Below are positions 53,259 to 64,000 of a stretch of 64,000 nt of DNA, in pieces. Numbering within the stretch: position 1 is the stretch's first letter; every line of letters starts with the position of its first letter. Made by a program: the position numbers and the translations under genes. The stretch is taken from contig NW_026857670.1 in NCBI RefSeq assembly GCF_026571515.1, positions 1 through 64,000 of the forward strand, in the 5' to 3' direction. This stretch comes from Ruditapes philippinarum. Lineage: Eukaryota. The notes below the pieces were generated by a model. That model was not told the origin of the DNA. It searched no databases and was given only the letters and a program-made list of their open reading frames with translations.

Positions 53259-55215
53259 ATGAATGCATACATTTAATGAATACTTATAATGCGTATAAAC
53301 ATTTGCAGTACATAATACTTTATTGCGTATATGTTTAAAAAAGCTTTAAAAAAGAAAAATAGGTCATCAGGTAGAACAATCTTGGTCAACTGATATCCTA
53401 TCAGATTTCGTTAATCATTGAGGAGGTTTATTAGACGATGACGATACATAACGAATACTTGACATTTAAGCATTGCATTTCAAGAAAAGGTATTTCAAAA
53501 AAGACTCTACGCAAGGTCAATCATTATTTGAATGAACTTGGTAGTGACCGAATATGCAATAATACACACAATATCTATGCTCTAGCCTTTATTTCAATTG
53601 AGAAAACAGTTGTTTTACGTTTTGTTTTCATACAATTAACTGACCCAAGGGCAAGGCTAGTTTTGATCCAAGAAACATGATTGGACCAAATTTTGTTTAA
53701 GTTATCAAGGACCAGAAACAGTGCACCACAAAAGCAATACAAATATTTGATTTATATTAATATTAATAATTATTAATAAGTTGGAAGCCAACAGGGCAAT
53801 ACTACAGAAACAATGTCTAAATCATATCCATGAATTTGGTGTTGCACTAGAAATGTGGGTAGTCTAATGTTGTTTATAACAAAGCTAATCATTACCTCTA
53901 ACTACCAAAGGGGAATTACTGAAATCCCTTCATGCATTAGTGGCTTGATCAGGCGAAACGAATAAAAGTACCTACAAATGATTTTTTTCGATTGACAACG
54001 CATAATGCCAGTCTTTAATATGTTTACACGCTCATTAATCTGTCAATACATTATTTTTTTTTTACATTCATTACAATAGAGACTAAGAAATATGATACAA
54101 TTCAACTCATTTGAAGGGCGCAGACAGATTGATATTTAAGTTAATGATTTGCCGTTTCTTGACGAAGTACTGCGAATGACTTAACATTACATGTGAAATC
54201 GCAGCGATTTCCTTTTTATCTTACACACTCCCGTACACACTCCCGTAACTGATTCATTATTGGACACATGCACACAACAAGAAATTGAGATGGCGTTTAT
54301 ATGTGTATTCTCCCTGCAGTGCTATTTTTGGGGATTTGTGACTAGTTGTGAGCTAACACTATTTAGTTGCTTACATTATTTTTTTTATATATATAAAACA
54401 GATGCAAAAGAAGAAAAAACATAAATGACTTATTTTACTGATTCATAGTGTTTTGTTGTTGGGAGTTGTAATAATCAAGTAGACTTCACAAAATAGTGAT
54501 ATAACACAAACACATGTATACTCTACAAGATGTAAATTTATTCTCCTAAAATCCCTAACATCGAGGTACTGGCTAGACATGTTATTGAGCATGCGCGATG
54601 GATATTGCTACCATCAAGAAACAATCCAAGATAATACATTCTTAGATAATACGGGGCTAAAAAACAATTCGAGATAATACTGCAGTCATGAAATTGGCTC
54701 AGACAGAGCCTCGTAAATTTTGGAAACATGTAAATAGACCGATTAGTAAATAGTCCACCCAACCGGATACATGTAGTTTAACATTAGAAAATTTAAGAGC
54801 ACATTTTAGCCACCTGTTAGGTGAAAATGTCGTCAATGAGGAATTTGACCCTTTTGATAATCATTTAAACACTGAATTATTTAGTGAAGAGTTTGATGTT
54901 GATATTACATATGATGAATTACACCGGGCATTTTATAGTCAAAATAATAATAAATCCCCAGGAATTATTGGTTTACCTGCAGAACTGTTTAAGTCGTCCT
55001 TTGATTTAATTCGTCCCTTCTAGCTTAAATTATATAATAGGGCATATAACAATTGTGAGTACCCTGTTCTGTGGGGGAAAAGTACCATTACTATCATCTT
55101 TAAGAAGGGTGATGTAAATAATGCAGAAAACTATCGAGGAATCTCATTGATACCAATTCTTGAAAAAATTTATTCACAAATATTGCTGAACAGACTCACT
55201 AAGTGGTTTAATAAG

Positions 55216-55431
55216 TAGTATCATCGTACATGATGAACTTAAGCTGACCTATGTATAATGCTTGTTTGCGCATGCTCCGTATTTCTAGTAAATCTAAGAT
55301 CACATGTTAAGGGTTTACAGAATAAATTTATATCTTGTGCTGAACACTCGTCGTGTTTTACTTTACTTCATTGTATCAACGCACTTGATTTAATATCTAT
55401 TATTGCTCATTAATAAATGAACATTACAACA
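55216..55431 (+). repeat. 5' LTR (lacks the initial TG)
   Basis: Matches the 3' LTR except for the missing first 2 nt and one visible substitution (cttgatt vs cttaatt). Confidence 0.93.
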
Positions 55432-55543
55432 TGGTGCCAGAGTAAAAACGTTTTATTAATAACCTGGACATACGATTAAAAAAAATTGGCATATTTATCT
55501 CAAGAAATAAAGTTACACAATTAAATTAATATTTGAAGACAAA

Positions 55544-58500
55544 ATGGAATTATCTGGATTGTCAGTGCCCCAAATGGACTGGGAATCTTCGAATTTACCT
55601 GAAGCTTATAATAAATTCGAACGTCACGCAAAGCTAATGTTTACAGGACCTATGAAGAAGAAGTCTGAAGAAGAACAAGTTTCTTACTTTCTATTATGGA
55701 TTGGTGATAAAGGGCGGGATATCCACTGCACGTGGAAAGATATTTCTGAAGACGATGCCAAAAAGATCGACACGTTCTACAGAAAATTCAGAACTTATGT
55801 GCAACCTAAGCTCAATCCAATATTTGCTAGGCATAAATTCTACAACCAAACACAGGGAGAAGAAACCATCGATTCGTTCTTGACAAAATTACAAATCTGT
55901 GCACGAGACTGCAGTTTTGCAAACACAGACGAAATGATACGGGACCGTATTGTATTTGGCACAAATTCTTCTAAGGTTCGAGAAAAGCTAATCAACGAAG
56001 GTGCAGAATTGACCTTAGATAAAGCTGTACAAATCGCTCAAAATATGGAATATTCCAAACAGCAATTGAGTTCAATGGCATCTGCGGCTGACAAGGACGT
56101 TCACCACGTGGCGAGACCTAGAAAACGTTTAATCCGAAGGCGGGAAAAGCCACAAGACAGTGACGATAAAATGACCTGTTCTAGATGCGGGACAACACAT
56201 CAAGAGGGCAAAACGTGTCCAGCAAAGGGAAAAACGTGCAGAAAATGTGGCAAACTGAATCATTTCCAGAAAATGTGTAAATCACGTAATACTGTGAACA
56301 ATATAAATTGTGAGTCGGACTTATCGAGTGACGATCAGGATTTCTATGTATGCACGGTAAATGATTTCAATACTTCTCGACCTGATTGCGCAATGGTTAA
56401 ACTCCAAATTGGCCGAAAGTCCGCCCCTGTAAATTTCAAAATAGATACAGGTTCTCAATGTAACTTAATACCTCAGGAAATGCTCAAGAAACTAGATTTC
56501 AAAGGCCCCTTGCTACCCTCTGATGATAGGTTATCTTCCTACACTAAAGATCCTATCCCAGTTTATGGAAAGGTCAACTTACCCTGTAAGTTCAAGGATA
56601 AGGAAATCATTGCATGTTTTCATGTAGTAGGCAGTAAATCTCCAGCATTATTAAGCTTACAGACTTCAATAGATCTGAGATTGATAAAACTGACCTATGC
56701 TATAGAAAAACAACCAGTTACGTTAGATAAACAAAAAATCTTGACTGATTACAATGACGTATTTAAAGGCATTGGTTTATTCCCAGGTACATGCACTTTA
56801 CATTTAAAACCAAAAGCTATATACCTGTTATATGTCCACCCAGGCGTGTACCTGTAGCTTTACAGGACCGTTTAAAAAATGAGTTGAAGTCTATGGAGGA
56901 TAAAGGAATTATCCAAAAGGTTACTAGACCGACTGACTGGGTCAATTCATTAGTCTGTGTGGAAAAACCCAGCACTGGAAAGCTGAGGGTGTGCTTAGAC
57001 CCTAAAGCACTAAATGACAATATCATGAGACCGCACTACCCTATGAGGACTATAGAAGACATGACAAACCAATTGACAGGTGCTAAGTACTTCAGTGTAT
57101 TAGACGCAACGAAAGGTTATTGGTCGATAAAATTGACGGACGAATCCTCATATTTGACGACATTTAATAGTCCCTTCGGTAGATACCGATATTTGCGGCT
57201 TCCTATGGGTATAAAAAGTTCCCAAGACATATTTTGTCAAAAAATCGACGAATTTTTCGAGGACGTGACAGGCGTGACGTCAATAGTTGACGATCTTCTT
57301 GTGTACGGACAGACTATCGAAGAGCACGATGCAAACCTGACACGTGTTTTGGACCGAGCACGTGAAAAGGGTATAAGGTTTAATCCAGACAAATGTGTTA
57401 TCGGCTCTCAGGAAGTTAAATACTTTGGTCACGTACTGACAGCTGACGGTCTTAAGCCCGATCCCGAAAAAATCAGGGCAATTGTAGAAATGAAAGCCCC
57501 AGAAAATAAGTCAGAGTTAGAAACTATTCTTGGCATGATCACGTATCTGTCAAAATTTGATTCAAAATTGGCAGAAATGGTAAGCCCTATGCGTGACTTG
57601 TTGAAAAAAGACATTGAGTTTATATGGGACAGTGCGCAAATTGACGCCTTTGAAAAGGTTAAAGTCGCAATGACTAAGGCACCAGTCTTGGCATACTATG
57701 ACCCGAAAAAGCCTGTCACATTGCAAGTCGACTCGAGTGCACGTGGTTTAGGTGGGTGCACGTGCTTACAGGACGGCAAACCCATTGCATTTGCATCAAA
57801 GACATTGACCCCTACAGAGAGAGGTTATGCTCAAATAGAAAAAGAGACATTAGCTATACGTCATGGTCTTCGACGTTTCAAGCAATACTGTTACGCAAGA
57901 CATACTAAAGTTGAATCTGATTGCAAACCTGTAGTTTCAGTTATGAAAAAAGAAATATGTCGGGCGACCCCCAGACTACAACGTCTCTTATTACAGATTC
58001 AACAGTTCGACATAGAAGTCGTACATGTTAGCGGGAAAAGCATTCCCGTAGCGGATACATTATCCCGTCATTTTGTCAAGGATACGTATCCAGAATTGTC
58101 TGACGGACTTGACGTGCACGTGCACACGGTTATTAATAGTTTACCGGTTAGCGACGGAAAATTACAAGACCTCAGACTTTCCACACAGCAAGACAGTTTC
58201 AGTTTCAGTCACTGAAACAAACAATTATTGACGGCTGGCCTGAATCTAGGCATGAGTGCCCGAATTCCATATTAGAATTTTGGAATCATCGGGATGAACT
58301 CTCGACTGTAAATGCCATAATTTTCCGCGGTCAAACATTGGTCATTCCAAGTTCATTGCGAACTGAAATGATTAACGCTGTTCATGTAGGTCATATGGGA
58401 GTGACTAAAACGCTGAACAGGGCCAAGGATATTATGTTCTGGCCAGGCATGGTCAAACAGGTCACAGACCACGTGTTAACATGCCCTTTATGTCTAACAC

Positions 58501-59412
58501 ACAGAGCATCAAATGTGAAGGAACCATTGAATCCCCACATTGTGCCCCAAAGACCCTGGCAACATATTGCCGCTGACTTATTTACGCTTGACGGACGTGA
58601 TAACCTTATAACTGCCGACGTCTACAGTAATTACTTTGAAGTCGATGCATTGCCAGAAACAAAAAGTAAAACTGTTATTAGAAAATTAACAATGCATATG
58701 GCTCGCTATGGTCAAGTAGAGACATTGAAAAGCGATAACGGGCCACAGTTTAGCTCAGAAGAATTTCAAAAATTTGCTTCTGACTGGAATTTTAAGCATG
58801 TAACATCTTCACCTGGATATAGTCAATCCAATGGTTTCATAGAAAAAATGGTCTCAATAGCCAAAAAATCAATGAAAAAATGCCAGGAGACCAAAACAGA
58901 CCCATATTTAGCATTTCTGGAATATCGTAACACACCTTTAAACTGCGGATATTCTCCCGCACAACTGTTAATGGGCAGACGGTTAAAATCCATTTTGCCT
59001 ACAACTAATGAGCAATTGAAACCATCTTTCATTAACCACAAATCTGTAAGAAAATCTCTGCAAGAAAACAAGGTTACGCAAAAGAACTATTATGATAAAA
59101 GTTCGAGGTCACTTCCCCCGCTAAACAAAGATGACTCTTGCAGGGTGCAATTTGGGAAAACTTGGAAACCAGCCATAGTTCTAAAAAAAAGAAGGGGAGA
59201 GATCATACAAAGTGCAAACTGAAGATGGCGCTATTTACCGCCGTAATCGCCGCTTCATAAACAAAACGCGGGAAAAGTTCCCTATCAATACAGAGTCCTT
59301 CCCTAATATCCTCCACCAAGGTCAAGATCCTCATGATATAATCTCAAAAAAAGCACATTTAAATGAAAAAAAAAATATAAAAAAAAAGAGAGAGAGAACA
59401 GAAATAAAATAA
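55544..59412 (+). pseudogene. Gypsy gag-pol polyprotein broken by frameshifts at ~56820, ~58200 and ~59190
   Basis: Gag CCHC knuckles (CSRCGTTH..C, CRKCGKLNHFQKMC); protease KIDTGS; RT LDATKGYW, LPMG, IVDD; RNase H QVDSS, YAQIEKE, ADTLSR; integrase HVGH..CPLC, ADLF, SDNGPQF, SNGFIE. Confidence 0.93.
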
Positions 59413-59570
59413 TAGTAATAATAATAATAAAAAAAAAACTTTGTGACTTTAAGACTATTTAAATTGTTCTCTTCAGTATGTATATGCATTTTTAATCATC
59501 ATACTTGTTTATTATCATATACAATTTTATTAACATGTGTTGCTTATTTTTTCTTTTAAAAACAGGGAGA

Positions 59571-59788
59571 TGTAGTATCATCGTACATGATGAACTTAAG
59601 CTGACCTATGTATAATGCTTGTTTGCGCATGCTCCGTATTTCTAGTAAATCTAAGATCACATGTTAAGGGTTTACAGAATAAATTTATATCTTGTGCTGA
59701 ACACTCGTCGTGTTTTACTTTACTTCATTGTATCAACGCACTTAATTTAATATCTATTATTGCTCATTAATAAATGAACATTACAACA
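59571..59788 (+). repeat. 3' LTR, 218 bp
   Basis: TGTAGTATC...ACAACA, preceded by the PPT; contains AATAAA. Confidence 0.95.
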
Positions 59789-62252
59789 ATAAGTATGTCA
59801 AATTATGTAAAAAAACAATTTGGGTTCCAAAAGGGCAAATGTATTATGAATTGTATTTTTATTTTGCATTCGGTTATAAATAAGGTGTTGAATGCTGGTA
59901 GTAAATTGTACTGCTGCTTAATTGACTATGAGCGTTGTTTCGATAAAATTGATAGACATTTTCTGTATCACAAACTTCTTACAGAAAATGTTCACTGTGA
60001 GTTGGTAAATGCATTGAAACAATTTATTCCACTGTTAAATCATGTGTAAGATATAATAATGTATACTCTTGACTTCTTCGATTCACACGTGGGTTTGAAA
60101 CAGGGCGACCCGTCATCGCCGTTACTGTTCATGTTTTTCGTGAATGACTTGATGAATAATGTCAATTCAGACATAGATGACATCTTTAGTATAAATGAAA
60201 TGAAGATGTTTCTTTTACTCTATGCCGATGATCAAGCTGTTTTTGCCAAGTCTCCAGAAAGCTTGCAGTAATTATTAAATGATAGTGAAAATTATTGCAC
60301 TGCTTGGGGTTTAAAAATAAACACATCAAAAATCAAGATAATGATATTTCAAAGAGGGAGATTAACTCATCATGACTTCTTTTTATATGGTACTAAGTTA
60401 GAGGTAGTGAATAGTTTTAAATATCTTGGTATCAACTTATATAGAAATGGTAATTGGCATAGAAGTCAAAAGGATATTGCTAGACATGCTTCATTTGCAT
60501 TGAATAACTTATTTGTAATTTTTAAATACCAAATTCACAGAAATGTAGATTGTTTGATATCTTAGTGGCCTCTATCCTACATTTTGGTGGGGAATTGATG
60601 GGCTCATATCCATGTACTGACTTAGAACTTGTTCATACTAAATTTTACGAAGATTATTGTTAGTGAAACGTTCAACAAATAAAGAGGCTTTATATGGAGA
60701 ATTTGGCAGGTGACCACTTATTGTAATTCGTAAGTTAAGAATGGTCAAATACTGGATTAAAATTTTAAATTCACCAAATGATAGTGTTTTAATATACAAA
60801 ACATATGAAATGTTGAAAATTGATGCAGATAACTCTACGTCATATAATGGTAGAAACTGGGCATTTCAGCTTAAAGAATTATTACAAGAGCATGGCTTAA
60901 GTAATGTATGGGACAACCAGGGAGAGGTTAATTATTCTATGATAAAACAAAGATTTTTTGATATGTATTATCAACAATGGTATTCTAGTGTTACCAATTC
61001 CAGTAAGCTACAGGCATATAGTTCATTTAAACAGGATTTTAAGTTTGAGAAGTATTTAGATAACATAGGGACTGCTAAAGTTCGAATAGCACTAACTAAG
61101 TTTAGGGTTTCATCTCATCAATTGTCGATCGAAACGGGGAGATATCATAGTATACCACAGTCTGAACGCAAAAGCCGTTGTTGCCAGATGACCGTTGTAG
61201 AAACAGAGTATCACTTCCTTATGGTTTGCCCGATGTATAGGGAATTAAGGGGAAAATATTTTAAACCATATTTTTGCCATTGGCAAACACTTAACGAGTT
61301 TGAAAAGTTAATATCATCAAGTATAAAGTCTGTACAATTAAATTTAGCAAAATATATATTTCGCTAACTTAAAAAGAAATGCTGTTCATAAGTCTAACAC
61401 TGTTTGTTTTTGTATTTAACATTTCTGTAACAGAAATATATGAATGATTACAGAAGATGTACTTAACTGAATTTGTCACAATATGTGTACTTTGCTAACT
61501 TAAAGATAGAGTTTGTCAGAATATGTGTACTTGGCTAGCTTAAAGATAGAATTTGTCAGAATATGTGTACTTTGCTAACTTAATAATAGAATTTTGCAGA
61601 GTATGGGTACTTTGCTTACTTAAAGAGAAACACTGTTTATTAGAATTTGGCAGAGTATATGTATTTCGCTATTTTAAAGAGAAAATCTGTTCACTAGTCT
61701 TACACAGTTTGCCATTGTATTTAACAATCTTTTTATCAGTATTATCTCAATGCCTTTTGGAAAAGTATATTATGTATTGAGTTTGAGAACACTATTCATT
61801 TATAATCTATACAGTTTACTATTGAACAAAAAATAAAGTAATGCTTACAGGAGATGTATTTCGTCAAGTTTGAGGAAGTGTTTTATTGAGTTTGGCAGAA
61901 TGAATACTTGGCCAACTTAAAGAGAAACATTCTTCCTAAATCTTATAAAGTTTGCTATTGTACCAAATATTTAATGCTTATTGAAGAAGTATTTCATTGA
62001 CTTTGGCATTGTTCAATGGTCTTACATGTATACAGTTTATCATTGCATTTAATTATTTATTTCTTTACTTGTACCAAAAATACTTCAATGCTTACTCAAT
62101 ATGCACTTCATTGAATTTGGCAAAATACATACCTAGCCAATTAAAAGAGAAAAACAGTTCATTAGTCTCATACAATCTGTTAGTGTATTCATCACGTTTT
62201 TGTATACCAGAAATATTGAAATGCTTACTGAAAAAATGCATTTCATTTATTT

Positions 62253-64000
62253 ATGTTAAGGAAGAATGATGACTTATTATTGCCTTTGCACTAATGCTCA
62301 CCATTTGTATATACGGGATGTGTATTTGATTTTTTCATCATTTCTTGCTATAAACATTTGTACAATGTTTAATGCTGAATAAAATCTATTGTCATTGTCA
62401 TTGTCAAATAAATTTCAAAATGAGAAAATTAAAACAGCGGCATAAACAACAATATAAATCTGAAACAATTTAAGTATGTGGTTGCAACAATATAAACGTT
62501 ACTTTCAACTACAGCAATACAATACACCTGTCAAACTATATTTATAGTTTTAAAAAATATGTACCAAAAATCAAGCCTAGGATGAGCGAAAATCATACCA
62601 ACATTATGTATTTAAATAAAAAGAACATGCGAAGTAACGATGTTTTTCTAATCTTTAATTCACAATAGATACATAAAAAATCCTAGTACCGTTAAATTTA
62701 TAATTTTTACAAAAGCCGAAAACTATCCATGGTACTGAAATTATACAATAACTGTAGTTAGTGTTTGAAAATTATTTTCTGTCCAATGAGATTGCAGTAT
62801 TTTTCAAATTTTGAAGTAAATGAGCTTTAAACAACCAGTGCTACTAACCAGGTAAATCGAATGAACTGATAAACCGACGCTATTCCGCATGTGTGCCTTG
62901 GAGGCGGAGCTACATGTACAGGGATATTGGTTTTGTGATTACATTCGTGCAATGCACAAGAGAACAGCTGTTAGTTTAGACGCTCGTCTTATGATATCGT
63001 CGACATTTTTTTCATAGAAATATATAGGATAAAAGAGAAAATAGCCGTGAAAAAACATATTTATTAATTACCTTTTCTCTCCAGAAACAAAAATAATATG
63101 TAATAGATGGTGAACAGTTTTTTTTTTTACTCCGAGTTTTCAATCTGAACGTTTTAACTGAAAACATTACTGGTTTCCTAACATTTTGTTTTCTATGCAA
63201 TACAGCAGTTAAAATAGTACAGCGATTTATATGTTTGAAGTGTTGCATGTTGTTTAAAGTGATATTATGCCAATCCAAGGGTATACAGTAAGCGAACGGG
63301 TGAAGATCGAAAGAAGTTATCATTTTGCCACAATTCCTTACAATTTGATAATAAAGTTCGCATAAACAATAAATAACACACAGATCCAAATGAAATTTCT
63401 GTAAAGATCCATTAGAATTTACCTATAACGCTTAGTTTATAAAAAGAGTGGGACAGTCTTTTTAAATTTTAGGTGTATTTATAATTTTATCGTTAACATT
63501 TTCCAATATCAACTGTTGCAGCCGCGCGACCAATTTATTTTTGTAAATACGTACTAAAAAACTTTATCTCAACGGTGTTTCATTCGTTGGAATAGCCCCT
63601 GAGATTTAATAGAACGCTTAATTGGTGGAGTTGGTATAGGTTTAAAGTGCTATTATAGTTTATGGGTTTTTTTTTCTGGATCATTGATCCTAGTAACTTT
63701 GCGTGTTGAAAATTGTATACCGCTCAAGCCGGTGACAGTAGGCGTGCGGGATTGTGCACATTTTCATTATCCCTTATGAACAGACTGAATCAAATTGAGT
63801 CTGCAATTTTCATGTTAGTTTGTTGTTATTAATGCTTCCGATGGATAATTTTTCAAGATTTTGCTAGTTAGGCACCCCCACCTCATTGTTCACTGTAGTA
63901 AGCTATATTGAATATACCATAGCATAGTTCAGCCACCGCATTGTTCCTGGGACGGCTGTCAAGCAGTTAACCAGGACTAGTTGCTTACACTTTTTGCAAG
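62253..64000 (+). repeat. Duplicated segment, copy B (runs off the window)
   Basis: Matches 31585-34088 up to the last base of the window. Confidence 0.93.

Larger units (their letters stand above)
55216..59788 (+). mobile_element. Ty3/Gypsy LTR retrotransposon (probably Mag-like), recent, frameshifted
   Basis: LTRs 55216-55431 and 59571-59788 (3' LTR TG...CA), near identical. PBS TGGTGCCAGAGT at 55432; PPT AAAACAGGGAGA before 59571. TSD ATAAG at 55211-55215 and 59789-59793. Domain order gag-PR-RT-RH-IN. Confidence 0.96.
54720..62406 (+). mobile_element. Older 5'-truncated CR1/L2-group LINE interrupted by the Gypsy element (start approximate)
   Basis: Left of the LTR: KSPGIIGLPAELFK and NYRGISLIPILEKIYSQILLNRLTKW. 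Right of it: QFGFQKGK, GLKQGDPSSPLLF, LLYADD, FKYLG, LTKFRVSSHQLSIETGRY. 3' stem-loop, AATAAA and (ATTGTC)n tail at ~62345-62406. Confidence 0.88.

Overview
AT-rich, intron- and repeat-rich eukaryotic DNA, probably from a bivalve mollusc (inferred from the repeat and protein families, not proven). The main feature is a ~42 kb minus-strand gene that the ORF track shows only as disconnected fragments. Six phase-compatible GT-AG exons (50170-49769, 44742-44671, 40816-40600, 24114-23794, 22813-22461, 10647-8269) join into one 3744-nt frame (1247 aa). It encodes a DZIP3-like HEPN domain (RNK|ISH motif), a coiled coil, a trypsin-fold serine protease (H/D/S triad), a Roc GTPase, COR and a C-terminal Death domain: a ROCO protein with two candidate effector enzymes. 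A decayed Roc-COR paralog fragment lies just downstream. Introns and flanks hold a near-full-length CR1/L2-type LINE (ORF1 and ORF2 in frame, one TAA between them), a young Ty3/Gypsy LTR element nested in an older LINE, and a Tx1/L1 remnant. They also hold several Helentron-associated (HINE-like) satellite-carrying elements, MITEs/foldbacks, SINE/tRNA-like remnants, two large minisatellites and a duplicated segment (31.6-34.1 kb vs 62.3-64 kb). All calls are by eye; no searches were run.
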